From: an uncultured Prevotellaceae bacterium
Lineage (GTDB): Bacteria > Bacteroidota > Bacteroidia > Bacteroidales > Bacteroidaceae
Assembly (NCBI GenBank): GCA_946413885.1
Contig: CAMKMK010000001.1
Location: 1-47,536, forward strand
Length of the DNA stretch: 47,536 nt
Reading direction: 5' to 3'
This document shows, piece by piece, positions 7,172-17,749 of this stretch. The stretch's first letter is position 1. Every line of letters starts with the position of its first letter. Under the pieces are notes generated by a model. It made no database searches and had not been told where the DNA came from. It saw only the letters and a program-made list of their open reading frames with translations. The position numbers and the translations under genes were made by a program.

Positions 7172-10100
7172 TTGCTTGTTTTGGTTCTGTTCAACATTCC
7201 TGCTGTACAGAAATGGATGGCTCGTAAAACAGCCAATATCCTAAGTGAGCAAGTAAATAGTCGAGTGGAGGTTGGGCGTTTGAGGATGGGAGGCTTCAAT
7301 CGTGTTATTTTGGATGATGTTTTCCTGTATGACCAGCAGGATTCACTCATGCTGCAGGCACCTCGTTTAGCAACAAAAATGGAGATCCTTCCTCTATTTG
7401 AGCATAAAATCCGCATCAACAACGCCCAGATTATCGGCGCACAAGTCACTCTTTATCAGCAAAAAGCTGACGAGGACTTCAATTTCAAATACTTTTTGAA
7501 TGCTTTTGCAGGAAAGGATACCACCCAAAAACACCCCATCAACCTGAGAATAGGCAGCATCCTGATGCGAAATTGCGATATCAGATTCAATCGTTGGCAG
7601 GAACCCCTTACGGCTGGCAGATTCAATCCAAATCATTTGAACGTGGAGGATTTCAATCTTACCGCTACCATAAAAGAATTGACACCTGACAGTATCAATG
7701 CAACCATTAAACGATTGGATTTTCGAGAAGCAAGCGGTTTGCAGGTTGACAAAACCCAACTGAAATTGGCTGCCAGTAGAACCAATTTTGATTTGTCAGA
7801 TTTTTTTATCTCTCTCCCACACACTGAAGTTTCAATTCCAAGCTTCATTGCCACTTATTCTGACTTGCCTCAAAAAGGCCTGATGAATGCTTGGTTCAAT
7901 GGACTTAAATGTGAGGGAAAAATAGAGGCTTCTTCTGCCCCCAACGACTTGGCCTCCCTCATTCCTCAATTGACCAACTTTCATGATCCAATAAAACTGG
8001 TTTCAAGCATCAAGGGAATGAACGGATTGATTTCTATGAATGACTTGCACCTACAGGACAGGGATGGGAATCTTGTCTTAGATGGTCGAGTGGATGCACG
8101 AGACATGTTTGGCAAACCTGTCATTGAGGGCTCTGTTACTAATTTGCATACCAGTCCTGGACTCCAGCAGTTCCTTACACGTAACCTCAAAAATGAAGAA
8201 AGAGAAATCAGTCCTTTCCTTTCTCGACTGGGAGCAACTGATACTAAGGGAACCATCTCCTATGCTTCCAATAATCTTGCTGCAAACTTGAACACAGAGA
8301 CTGCTCTGGGGCATGTTCTTGTAGAGGGGAATTTGAGTGATAAAAACAATTTGAATTCTATCATCAAGGTAAATGACTTTGAATTAGGTAAAATATTGTC
8401 AACCAGTGGAAATCCAGAAATAAATAAAGTTTCACTTGAAGGAAATTTGACAGGAAAAATCAAGGGAGAAAGTGATCTCCCAGAATTAATATTCAACAGT
8501 ACCATTCAAGAATTCATCTACAAGAACTATCCCTATCACAATGTAAACCTTACGGCTTCCTGCCAAAATGGAACATACCAAGGAAATATGGTTTGGGAGA
8601 GTTCTAATGGTGCAATCAATGTAGAGGCTTTGTTCAACAACGAGTCTCCCAAAAAGAAAATCCAGTTTGACGCACAATTGGAGGACCTAAATCCCTACTT
8701 GACCAATCTGACAAAGAAATACGAAGGCGAAAAGTTCACGGCTCATCTCTCTGGAAACATCCAAGCCAGAGATCTCGATTACCTTGTGGGAGACGTGTAC
8801 GTCCGTGAACTAACGCTTAACTCATCAGAGAAGGGTATCTGTCGACCTGGCGACTTTCATATCTCGAGCCAGCCAGATAGCACAGAGCAACATGTTAGCA
8901 TAGAAAGCCCTGTTCTACGATTCCAGGCAGATGGCACATTCAAATGGAAGAATATACACAATACTTTCCTCAAAATAACCAATTCCCATCTACCCAGCAT
9001 TTTCAATCGTCCCAACACCAACGAGCGTCTCAACGATGACATCACTTTCAGTTTACGCGTAAAAGACACATCATTGGTGGAACGTTTGACAGGAATCAAC
9101 CTAAGCATTCCCCAAGAAGCCCTCATCGAGGGTCACATGGATGGTGGCATAAATATGATGACCCTTAATGCTGATATTCCTTACCTGAAATATGGCAACG
9201 AACAATTAGAACACATAAATTGGCGTGTCGAAAGCAACAGTTACAGCCTGCAGTCCAGTATGCTTCTACAACGATTGATGAAAGGTGTTCCCTTAGAGAT
9301 AGGTATGGATGTCAATACGGGCCAAGACATCTTGATGTCCCATCTGCGATGGAACAATCATCAGGAACCAGAGCAGTCTGGGGAATTAGATTTAACAGGC
9401 GAATTCTACAAGGATTTGAATGGCAAACAGGCTATCCGTGGATTGCTTAACAAATCCGACATCATTATCAAAGACACCGTTTGGACCGTCCAGCCTGCTA
9501 AAATCAATTACCATGATGGCGTAGTGGATGTGAGGGATATACTCATTGCTCAAGGTGAGCGATACTTTAAGGTTGACGGTCGCGTATCCAAGGAAGAAAA
9601 CGACACCTTAACGGCAGATTTGAATAAAATAAATTTGTCCTATATTTTTGACATCATCAATTTCCATACAGTAGACTTCGCAGGAGATGCCACAGGACGC
9701 ATCTATGCCCGTAATCTGATGAACAAGCCAAAGGCAGATGCCTACATCCATGTCGATGATTTTACTTTCAACGAAGGCGCCATGGGAAGTATGGACGCAC
9801 ACGCGAATTGGGGTGACCAGGAAGGAACCATCCATTTGGATGCACATATAGTAGATTTACCCGTCAATCATCAAACCTCTGTAGTAGGAACCATTACTCC
9901 AGGACATAAACCTGAAAGTGGTTTGGAACTCAACATCAACACTCGTCGCATAAATCTCTATTTCCTGAACAAGTTTACTGATGGAATCTTCACTGATTTC
10001 CAAGGACGAGCCACAGGATGGTGTCGTGTGTTCGGTCAGTTTAAGAACATCAATTTAGAAGGTGACATTCTTGTTAACGAGGCCAGCATGCGAGTGAATG

Positions 10101-11557
10101 CACTGGGCGTGGATTATCATGTGGAAAACGATTCTGTCATTCTAAGACCTGACAACATTTGGCTCCGTCATGCCACGGCCTACGACAAACTGGGTTCGCC
10201 AGGCAGTAGCGAGCATTATGCTACCGTGGACGGACACTTGATGCATACCCATTTGAGTAACTTGAGATACAACTTCCAAATTGACGCCCATAACGTTTTA
10301 GGCTATGATTTCCATGACTTTGGCGACATGTCTTTCTATGGAACCCTCTTTGCCGATGGCCATATACAACTCAGTGGTCAGCCTGGACAGTTGAATGTCG
10401 ATGTGGAAGCAACGCCACTTAGTGGGAGCCAGATAGTCTACAACGTGACAAGTCCAGAGACTCTGACTGAGGCAGGTTTCATCTCCTATATCGCTCACAA
10501 CGACAGTTTGGAAATCGAGAAAAAGGACAAAGCCCCTGATTCCACGCAAGAAGATTCTGAAACTGATATGCGTATCAATTTCAACCTCAATATAACTCTT
10601 GATGCTACCATGAAACTCTTGATGGACACGAAATCAGGAGATTACATCAATCTGTATGGTAGTGGACACATTATAGCCAACTATTACAACAAAGGTAAGT
10701 TCCAAATGTATGGAACATATCGAGTGGACCACGGTCTATATAAACTATCTCTACAGGAAATCATCCGCAAGGATTTCCAGTTCCAACCTGATGGGACAAT
10801 AGTTTTTGGCGGTGACGCTTACCAAGCAGCCCTGAACCTGAAAGCCACTTATACTGTTCCCAATGTCGCTTTGGATGACCTTAGTGCCACAGGGTTAGGG
10901 TTTTCCAATACTCGTGTAGACTGCGTGATGAACATCACAGGAAAACCACTGGCCCCTGTTGTCACTTTTGATTTTGATCTTCCCAATGCCAACGAGGACG
11001 AAAAACAAATGGTGCGCTCTATGATAAGTACAGAAGAGGAACGCAACATGCAGGTCATCTACCTTTTGGGAATTGGTAGATTCTACAGTTATTCACCTCA
11101 ATATATGCGAGGCAGCAACAATCAAGGAGGAACAGCCATGAACTCTCTCATAAGCAGTACGCTAAGTAGTCAATTCAATCAGATGCTCTCGAATGTTATG
11201 GGCACCAATAACTGGAGTTTAGGAGCCAATCTACGTACAGGTGAAACTGGATGGGATCAATTAGATGTGGAAGGCATTCTTAGCGGCCGTCTCCTCAACA
11301 ACCGTTTGCTAATTAATGGGAATTTTGGCTATCGTGAGAGTTATTACTCTACCAACAACTTTATCGGCGACTTCGATGTGCAATATCTCCTTACTCCCAA
11401 TGGTGGCGTGTCCCTGAAAGCATACAATCAAACCAATGATCGTTACTTCATACAATCATCTTTAACCACTCAAGGCATCGGTGTGCAATTCAAACGGGAC
11501 TTTAATAATTGGAAAGAAGCCTTCAAACGTCGCAAAAAGTCAAGCGTCAAAAAATAG
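7172..11557 (+). CDS. TamB-like translocation and assembly module protein (giant beta-rich envelope protein); start codon uncertain
   Basis: 1461 aa with an N-terminal hydrophobic anchor, a long repetitive beta-rich body, and a C-terminal DUF490-like region (YGTYRVDHGLYKLSLQ..., ...GIGVQFKRDF). The track start is TTG. The frame is open back to 7109 with no ATG. Confidence 0.8.
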   Translation: MLVLVLFNIPAVQKWMARKTANILSEQVNSRVEVGRLRMGGFNRVILDDVFLYDQQDSLMLQAPRLATKMEILPLFEHKIRINNAQIIGAQVTLYQQKADEDFNFKYFLNAFAGKDTTQKHPINLRIGSILMRNCDIRFNRWQEPLTAGRFNPNHLNVEDFNLTATIKELTPDSINATIKRLDFREASGLQVDKTQLKLAASRTNFDLSDFFISLPHTEVSIPSFIATYSDLPQKGLMNAWFNGLKCEGKIEASSAPNDLASLIPQLTNFHDPIKLVSSIKGMNGLISMNDLHLQDRDGNLVLDGRVDARDMFGKPVIEGSVTNLHTSPGLQQFLTRNLKNEEREISPFLSRLGATDTKGTISYASNNLAANLNTETALGHVLVEGNLSDKNNLNSIIKVNDFELGKILSTSGNPEINKVSLEGNLTGKIKGESDLPELIFNSTIQEFIYKNYPYHNVNLTASCQNGTYQGNMVWESSNGAINVEALFNNESPKKKIQFDAQLEDLNPYLTNLTKKYEGEKFTAHLSGNIQARDLDYLVGDVYVRELTLNSSEKGICRPGDFHISSQPDSTEQHVSIESPVLRFQADGTFKWKNIHNTFLKITNSHLPSIFNRPNTNERLNDDITFSLRVKDTSLVERLTGINLSIPQEALIEGHMDGGINMMTLNADIPYLKYGNEQLEHINWRVESNSYSLQSSMLLQRLMKGVPLEIGMDVNTGQDILMSHLRWNNHQEPEQSGELDLTGEFYKDLNGKQAIRGLLNKSDIIIKDTVWTVQPAKINYHDGVVDVRDILIAQGERYFKVDGRVSKEENDTLTADLNKINLSYIFDIINFHTVDFAGDATGRIYARNLMNKPKADAYIHVDDFTFNEGAMGSMDAHANWGDQEGTIHLDAHIVDLPVNHQTSVVGTITPGHKPESGLELNINTRRINLYFLNKFTDGIFTDFQGRATGWCRVFGQFKNINLEGDILVNEASMRVNALGVDYHVENDSVILRPDNIWLRHATAYDKLGSPGSSEHYATVDGHLMHTHLSNLRYNFQIDAHNVLGYDFHDFGDMSFYGTLFADGHIQLSGQPGQLNVDVEATPLSGSQIVYNVTSPETLTEAGFISYIAHNDSLEIEKKDKAPDSTQEDSETDMRINFNLNITLDATMKLLMDTKSGDYINLYGSGHIIANYYNKGKFQMYGTYRVDHGLYKLSLQEIIRKDFQFQPDGTIVFGGDAYQAALNLKATYTVPNVALDDLSATGLGFSNTRVDCVMNITGKPLAPVVTFDFDLPNANEDEKQMVRSMISTEEERNMQVIYLLGIGRFYSYSPQYMRGSNNQGGTAMNSLISSTLSSQFNQMLSNVMGTNNWSLGANLRTGETGWDQLDVEGILSGRLLNNRLLINGNFGYRESYYSTNNFIGDFDVQYLLTPNGGVSLKAYNQTNDRYFIQSSLTTQGIGVQFKRDFNNWKEAFKRRKKSSVKK

Positions 11558-11624
11558 TTTTTGCAACTATCATTCACATCTCAATAAGAATCAGGGTATC
11601 ACTCCTCCCTCAACCAGCAAAAGG

Positions 11625-12230
11625 TCACTTCAATAGCGCATTCATATGCGCCAAGTACTTGCCAATGATATCAAATTCTATGTTCACTACAGAACCTACT
11701 TTGATGAATTGAAAATTAGTGTGCTCAAAGGTATATGGGATAATACATACCTGAAAAGTATTCTCAGTGGGACGACAAACGGTTAGACTCACTCCATTAA
11801 CGGTAACACTACCTTTATCCACAGTAAAATAACCATGACGGACCATCTCACGATTACTTTCATAGCGGAAAGTGAATTGATAACTTCCATCTTGATCCTC
11901 CACATCGATACACGTTGCTGTCTGGTCAACATGCCCCTGAACAATATGACCATCCAAACGACCATTCAACATCATACTGCGTTCTACATTGATTTCATCT
12001 CCCACCTTCAGCAGCCCAAGATTACTTCGTTCGAGAGTTTCACGCATGGCAGTGACCGTATAGGTCCCATTCTCGATTGCCACCACCGTGAGACACACTC
12101 CATTGTGGGCAATACTTTGATCGACACCTAATTCGTCAACAAAGGGACAACTTAACGTCAGGTGTACATTGTCCTGATCATGTTGTATAGCTTCCACACG
12201 AGCCATACCTTCAACTATACCTGAGAACAT
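11625..12230 (-). CDS. ribE: Riboflavin synthase alpha chain
   Basis: 201 aa. It starts MFSGIVEGMARV and shows the internally duplicated lumazine-binding pattern (SIAHNGVCLTV / GSVTVNGVSLTV). Confidence 0.93.
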   Translation of the reverse strand: MFSGIVEGMARVEAIQHDQDNVHLTLSCPFVDELGVDQSIAHNGVCLTVVAIENGTYTVTAMRETLERSNLGLLKVGDEINVERSMMLNGRLDGHIVQGHVDQTATCIDVEDQDGSYQFTFRYESNREMVRHGYFTVDKGSVTVNGVSLTVCRPTENTFQVCIIPYTFEHTNFQFIKVGSVVNIEFDIIGKYLAHMNALLK

Positions 12231-12266
12231 ATTTTATCTAATAACAACCTATCTTTGTTTCTGTCG

Positions 12267-12298
12267 CAAAAATACAACATTTTTTCAAACCAAACAAA
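12267..12298 (-). promoter_or_regulatory. Putative Bacteroidota sigma-A promoter for ribE
   Basis: On the minus strand TTTG (12295-12298) is followed by a 20-nt spacer and then TATTTTTG (12267-12274). This matches the TTTG / TAnnTTTG consensus and lies 37 nt upstream of the ATG. Confidence 0.45.
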
Positions 12299-12376
12299 AT
12301 GAAATTGTCTAAATAGACAAATATGGTATAAACGCAGTCAAAATCCACTAAATAAAATTAAAAAGAAGATATACTT

Positions 12377-12408
12377 TTTGTCCAACTCGCATTAAATCAC
12401 TAAATTTG
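12377..12408 (+). promoter_or_regulatory. Putative Bacteroidota sigma-A promoter for the efflux operon
   Basis: TTTG (12377-12380) is followed by a 20-nt spacer and then TAAATTTG (12401-12408). It lies 37 nt upstream of the ATG at 12445. Confidence 0.5.
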
Positions 12409-12444
12409 CAGAAATTTAATCAAGGCAAAATTACCAATTAAATT

Positions 12445-13785
12445 ATGATAAACAAGAAATTCCTATTTCTGATTGGTTTGACAGGATTGTTTGATACTTC
12501 CCATGCACAGGACTCATGGTCACTCCAAGACTGCATAGACTATGCTTTGCAAAACAATATCCAAATCCAAAAGAATCGGATTAGCGAGGACCAGGGTGAC
12601 GTAGCTCTATGGCAATACAAAGGAGCCCTTTTTCCCAGCCTTAGCTTTAACACTAACCAAAGCATGGGCTACAGACCTTTTGAAGAGAACACAGCTATCG
12701 TACAAAATGGGCAAGTAACCAACACAACCAACAAGGTGACTTATCAAGGAAGCTACGGACTGAACGCTAATTGGACCGTTTGGAATGGAGGCATTAATCA
12801 TAAGAACATTGAATCACAGGAGCTTCAGAATGAAATCGCCAAACTCAATACTCAACAGAGCGAATTGAGCATCCAGGAACAGATTGCCCAACTCTACGTA
12901 CAAATTATGTATACAAAGGAGGCAAAGAAAGTCAACGAAAAACTTCTGGAAACTGCCCAAAGTCAGTATGACCGTGGAAAGGAAATGCTCAATCAAGGAC
13001 AAATGGCAAAAGCTGATCTGATTCAATTAGAGGCCCAATTGAGCAGCGCTAAATATGCTGTGGTGAACAGTGAGACTCAGTTAGCTAATTTCATACGTCA
13101 ACTGAAGTCCCTTTTGGAGTTGGACCTGAATACTCAATTCGACGTTAGTGGCAATATTCCAACTGATGATCAGGTTCTGGCCATGATTCCCAGCGCTCAA
13201 GAAGCTTATGCCAAAGCATTGGAGACACGCCCTGAGATCAAAAGTGCACAATTGAGCATGGATGCTGCAAGCTTGGAGTTGGACATTGCCAAACGTGGCT
13301 TCTATCCTACCGTTGGTATCAGTGCCAGCTTAGGTGACAGTCACTACAGCGCCAGCAAAGAAAGCACGGGCAAACAGATGAAAACCAATCTCAATATGAG
13401 TGCGGGATTGACTGTCAGTGTACCCATCTTTGACAACCGTAGGAACCAAAGCAATGTGAAGAATGCAAAACTCCAGCAGGCAAACAGTCGTCTGAACTTC
13501 CAGGACACTAAAAACACCCTAAGTAGTACCATCGAACAATACTGGATCAATGCTAACAGCAATCAACAGAACTACATTTCAGCAAAGACTCGCGTGAAAA
13601 GTCAAGAGGCGAGTTATGAATTACTGAACGAACAGTTCCAGAACGGGTTGAAAAACACCGTCGAAGTATTGCAGGGACGCGACAACGTAATCAGTGCAGA
13701 GCAAGATATGCTTCAAAGCAAATATACCACACTACTGAATATTCAGTTGCTAAAGTTCTACACTGGCGAACCTATCACCCTATAA
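12445..13785 (+). CDS. TolC-family outer membrane efflux protein
   Basis: 446 aa with a signal peptide and the typical TolC/OEP start (SLQDCIDYALQNNIQIQ). It has two coiled-coil/beta repeats. It is the first gene of the efflux operon. Confidence 0.9.
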   Translation: MINKKFLFLIGLTGLFDTSHAQDSWSLQDCIDYALQNNIQIQKNRISEDQGDVALWQYKGALFPSLSFNTNQSMGYRPFEENTAIVQNGQVTNTTNKVTYQGSYGLNANWTVWNGGINHKNIESQELQNEIAKLNTQQSELSIQEQIAQLYVQIMYTKEAKKVNEKLLETAQSQYDRGKEMLNQGQMAKADLIQLEAQLSSAKYAVVNSETQLANFIRQLKSLLELDLNTQFDVSGNIPTDDQVLAMIPSAQEAYAKALETRPEIKSAQLSMDAASLELDIAKRGFYPTVGISASLGDSHYSASKESTGKQMKTNLNMSAGLTVSVPIFDNRRNQSNVKNAKLQQANSRLNFQDTKNTLSSTIEQYWINANSNQQNYISAKTRVKSQEASYELLNEQFQNGLKNTVEVLQGRDNVISAEQDMLQSKYTTLLNIQLLKFYTGEPITL

Positions 13786-13848
13786 ACGATGGTAGAACGA
13801 CGATAGAATACAAAAAAGAAGAAAAACGACGAATAAGAAGAACTATAA

Positions 13849-15027
13849 ATGAAGACGATTAATCGAAACATTATCCTTCTAACTGCTCTACTGGTAACTG
13901 CAGGCATAATGAGCAGTTGTGGCAAGAAACGGAACTTCACCTATACTGAGGTAGAAGTTACGAAGCAAGACATCATCACAAGCGTGACCGCCACTGGAGC
14001 CATAGAACCTGTGACAAGCGTAGAAGTTGGTACTCAAGTAAGTGGCATTGTAAGCAAGCTTTATGTAGATTACAATAGCATTGTTAAGGCTGGTGACGTG
14101 ATTGCTGAGTTGGATCGCACCAACTTGCTTAGTGAATTGAGCAGTGCTCAAGCTAATCTGAAGAGTGCTCAGAGTGAACTTGATTACCAAAAGACCAATC
14201 ATGATCGCTACAAGAATCTGTATGACAAAGGACTCATTAGTGCCAATGATTACGAACAGGCTCGCCTTAGTTACGTGAAGGCACAGCAAAGCGTGACCAA
14301 CCAAAGGGAGAATGTGAAAAAGGCTAAAACCAATTTGGGTTATGCTACCATCACCAGCCCCATTGATGGCATTGTATTGAGTAAGGAAGTGGAAGAAGGT
14401 CAAACGGTAGCTTCAAGTTTCAACACTCCTACCCTTTTCACTATTGCCAAGGATATGACAGACATGCGTGTAATTGCTGATGTCGATGAAGCCGATATAG
14501 GGGAAGTGAAGGAAGGACAACGTGTTACCTTTACCGTTGACGCATTTCCTGAGGACATTTTTGAAGGTTCTGTAACACAAGTTCGTCAAAAAGCTACTAC
14601 AGAAAGCAATGTTGTTACCTATCAAGTTGTCATCAGTGCTCCTAATGAAGACCTGAAACTGAAACCTGGACTGACAGCAAACGTGACTATCTTTACCCTT
14701 GAATTGAAGAATGTATTGGCTGTTCCCTCCAAGGCTCTACGCTTTAATCCCAGCGAAGCCCTGCTCAACGAAGGCGAAACCATTACAAATGTAGACAGTC
14801 CTATCAAGGTTTGGACAAAAGAAGGCCCCAATCTGAAAGCAATCCCAGTGGAATTGGGAATAACGAATGGTACACTGACACAAATATTAAGCGGATTGAA
14901 CGAGGGGACTAAGGTTATCACAGAAGTGAGTTCTCCCCAAATGATGGATGAGGCAGGTCCACAACAAAACACTAACCCCTTCATGCCACGTCCCAGAAAC
15001 AACAGAGACAAGAACGCGAAGAAATAA
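13849..15027 (+). CDS. Efflux transporter periplasmic adaptor subunit (HlyD/MacA-like)
   Basis: 392 aa with a lipoprotein-like signal (SSCG), a lipoyl/hairpin/beta-barrel pattern (VGTQVSGIV...AELD, ITSPIDGIV) and operon context. Confidence 0.9.
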   Translation: MKTINRNIILLTALLVTAGIMSSCGKKRNFTYTEVEVTKQDIITSVTATGAIEPVTSVEVGTQVSGIVSKLYVDYNSIVKAGDVIAELDRTNLLSELSSAQANLKSAQSELDYQKTNHDRYKNLYDKGLISANDYEQARLSYVKAQQSVTNQRENVKKAKTNLGYATITSPIDGIVLSKEVEEGQTVASSFNTPTLFTIAKDMTDMRVIADVDEADIGEVKEGQRVTFTVDAFPEDIFEGSVTQVRQKATTESNVVTYQVVISAPNEDLKLKPGLTANVTIFTLELKNVLAVPSKALRFNPSEALLNEGETITNVDSPIKVWTKEGPNLKAIPVELGITNGTLTQILSGLNEGTKVITEVSSPQMMDEAGPQQNTNPFMPRPRNNRDKNAKK

Positions 15028-15836
15028 TGAGTGAGAATACAATCAACCATCCCGTGACTGAGCAGGAAGCCATCGACCGTGAAAAGAAAGGCAAGAAGGT
15101 TGTCATCGAACTGCAGGATGTACGTCGTGAATTTCATGTCGGCAGTGAGGTCGTAAAAGCTTTACGTGGCGTCAGTTTCAAGATCTACGAGGGTGAGTTT
15201 GTAACCATTATGGGTACCTCTGGTTCTGGAAAGAGTACCTTATTGAACCAATTGGGATGCCTCGACACCCCTACCTCTGGAGAATACATATTGGATGGAA
15301 CTCCTGTGCGCAAAATGAAACGCAGTGAACGGGCAATCTTGAGAAACCGCAAGATTGGTTTTATCTTTCAGAATTACAACCTGCTTGCCAAAACAACTGC
15401 TGTGGAAAACGTGGAGTTGCCTTTGATGTACAATAAAAAATACAATGCCAAGCAACGTCGCGAAGCTGCCGTTAAGGCTCTGCAAGCCGTTGGGCTGGGA
15501 GATCGTTTGGAACACAAGAGTAACCAGATGTCTGGAGGTCAGATGCAACGTGTTGCCATTGCCCGTGCTCTGGTCAACGATCCTGCTGTGATATTGGCCG
15601 ATGAGGCAACTGGTAACTTGGACTCAAGAACCAGTTTCGAGATCTTGGTTCTTTTCCAACAGCTTCACCGCCAGGGACGCACCATCATCTTTGTGACCCA
15701 CAATCCTGAAATTGCTCAATATAGCAGTCGCAACATTACCCTACGAGACGGCATGCTTTGCGAGGACAAGGTGAATACCTGTATTTTAGATGCGGCTGAG
15801 GCATTGGCAGCTCTCCCCCAACCTGATGATGATTGA
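15027..15836 (+). CDS. ABC transporter ATP-binding protein (MacB/LolD-type)
   Basis: Walker A GTSGSGKST, signature MSGGQMQRV and Walker B ILADEATGNLD. Its start overlaps the adaptor stop. Confidence 0.93.
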   Translation: MSENTINHPVTEQEAIDREKKGKKVVIELQDVRREFHVGSEVVKALRGVSFKIYEGEFVTIMGTSGSGKSTLLNQLGCLDTPTSGEYILDGTPVRKMKRSERAILRNRKIGFIFQNYNLLAKTTAVENVELPLMYNKKYNAKQRREAAVKALQAVGLGDRLEHKSNQMSGGQMQRVAIARALVNDPAVILADEATGNLDSRTSFEILVLFQQLHRQGRTIIFVTHNPEIAQYSSRNITLRDGMLCEDKVNTCILDAAEALAALPQPDDD

Positions 15837-15845
15837 TAGAAAGAT

Positions 15846-17069
15846 ATGAGTATTAAGAATCTTTTAAAGGTGGCAATCACAGCCATCCTAAGCAATAAGT
15901 TCCGCTCTTTCCTGAGCATGCTTGGCATCATTATTGGAGTGGCCGCCGTGATTATCATGATGGCCATTGGACAAGGTTCCAAGCAAAGCGTTAGGGCAGA
16001 TCTGAGCAAGATGGGTACCAACCTGCTTACCATCCGACCTGGTGCTGACATGCGAAACGGTGTGCGTCAGGACCCCAGTGCCATGCAAACCTTGAAAATG
16101 ACTGACTATCAAAGTATTCTCGACGAGGCAACTCTCATCACTCATGTTAGCCCTGAGGTTACCAGTAGCGGTCAAGTCATCCATGGTGCCAACAATACTA
16201 CAACTACCATTTATGGAGAGAGTCCTGAATACATGGATATCAAACTATGGACCATAGAGGAAGGTGAGTGCTTCACAGAGGAAGACATCAAGAAGAGTGC
16301 CAAAGTCTGCGTGGTAGGCCGTACTGTCGTACAGGAACTCTTTGGCGATAAGAATTATGATTGCGTAGGAAAGACCATCCGTTTCAAAAGCATCCCCTTC
16401 CATATTGTTGGTGTTCTGAAAGGCAAAGGATACAATTCATGGGGTATGGACCAAGACAATGTGATGATAGCTCCCTATACCACGGTCATGAAGCGCATTG
16501 CAGCACAGACTTTTTTCAACAGTATCCTTATGAGTGCTTTGAGCGAAGACTTGAGTGAGGATGCCATTGAAGAAGTCACCACCATCCTGCGCCGCAACCA
16601 CAAATTGAAGGAAGATGCCGTCGACGACTTCACCATCCGTTCTCAGCAAGAGATGATGGAAACAATGAGCAGCACCATGGATACGATTACCATCATTTTG
16701 GTAGTAGCAGCAGCCTTCTCGTTGCTTGTTGCAGGTATCGGCATCATGAACATCATGCTGGTGAGTGTGACAGAGCGTACAAAAGAAATTGGTCTGCGCA
16801 TGTCTGTAGGTGCTCGCGGAATGGACATCCTGAGCCAATTCCTGATTGAGAGTATCGTGATATCCCTGACAGGAGCCTTGCTTGGAGTTGCCCTTGGGTA
16901 TGGAGGCAGTTGGATAGCTAAAACGTTCTTTGCCTTGCCCAGTAGCGTTCCTTTATGGAGTGTGGGAATCAGTTTCTGCGTTTGTGCTTTCATTGGCATT
17001 TTCTTTGGATACGTTCCAGCCCGTAAGGCAGCACGCATGGACCCCATCGAGGCTCTGAGGTACGAGTGA
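15846..17069 (+). CDS. ABC transporter permease (MacB/FtsX-type)
   Basis: 407 aa with an N-terminal TM, a large periplasmic domain and a C-terminal FtsX-like 3-TM block (TERTKEIGLRMSVGA). Confidence 0.92.
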   Translation: MSIKNLLKVAITAILSNKFRSFLSMLGIIIGVAAVIIMMAIGQGSKQSVRADLSKMGTNLLTIRPGADMRNGVRQDPSAMQTLKMTDYQSILDEATLITHVSPEVTSSGQVIHGANNTTTTIYGESPEYMDIKLWTIEEGECFTEEDIKKSAKVCVVGRTVVQELFGDKNYDCVGKTIRFKSIPFHIVGVLKGKGYNSWGMDQDNVMIAPYTTVMKRIAAQTFFNSILMSALSEDLSEDAIEEVTTILRRNHKLKEDAVDDFTIRSQQEMMETMSSTMDTITIILVVAAAFSLLVAGIGIMNIMLVSVTERTKEIGLRMSVGARGMDILSQFLIESIVISLTGALLGVALGYGGSWIAKTFFALPSSVPLWSVGISFCVCAFIGIFFGYVPARKAARMDPIEALRYE

Positions 17070-17147
17070 TCTTAATTAAGAGGAAGATTCATTTAATGTA
17101 AACGTACAGAAAAAAGATATACAAACCATTAAACATACAAGTTGGAT

Positions 17148-17723
17148 ATGAAAAGAATCCTGTTTGCACTTTTTCTTTGTCTCCCAGTGTTGACCTTCGC
17201 CAAGGGAGACGATACCAAGTATCTGTTAGGTGCTGTTCCTGAAGTGGATGGCATCATTACTTTCCAGAAAAGTATCAATGCTCCTGGCAAAAGCCAAGCA
17301 CAGGTCTATCAGGCTATCAGCCGTTACATCGAGAATGAACTCATTGGGAAGGGTATCAAAGGTCTTCGCACACGTACCATCTCTGACGGCAAGGAGGACG
17401 GAATCATTGTTGCCCGCATCGAGGAGTACATGATCTTCAAGAAGAAGGCATTAAACTTCGACCGTACACGTTTCCGTTACCAACTGACAGCAAAGACAAG
17501 CGAGGGTAAAGCAGAACTCGTTCTTACCCAAGTGTCCTACTATTACAACGAAGACATGAATGGCGAGAATGGTGTGAATTACAAAGGTGAGGAATGGATT
17601 TCCGATAAGGAAGCTGTCAACAAGAAAGGCACAGCCTTGTACCCCAAAAGTGGAAAGTTCCGTCGCAAGACTGTGGATCGCGTGGAAGAGATTTTCTTAG
17701 GTGCTGAGAATGCCCTGAAATAA
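17148..17723 (+). CDS. DUF4468-like secreted protein
   Basis: The start is taken at ATG 17148 (MKRILFALFLCLPVLTFA signal peptide). The track start at 17142 is TTG. The YLLGAVPEVDGIITFQK pattern is typical of the Bacteroidota DUF4468 family as I recall it. Confidence 0.65.
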   Translation: MKRILFALFLCLPVLTFAKGDDTKYLLGAVPEVDGIITFQKSINAPGKSQAQVYQAISRYIENELIGKGIKGLRTRTISDGKEDGIIVARIEEYMIFKKKALNFDRTRFRYQLTAKTSEGKAELVLTQVSYYYNEDMNGENGVNYKGEEWISDKEAVNKKGTALYPKSGKFRRKTVDRVEEIFLGAENALK

Positions 17724-17749
17724 AGGATTTGGTTGATTTTTATTGATCT

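Noticed and set aside
12231-12444. FMN riboswitch upstream of ribE, or a lysine riboswitch upstream of lysC (33996-34025)
   Set aside because: The leader regions are too short, about 37 nt from the predicted -7 box to the ribE ATG and a 30-nt gap before lysC. They lack the conserved riboswitch cores as far as I can see.
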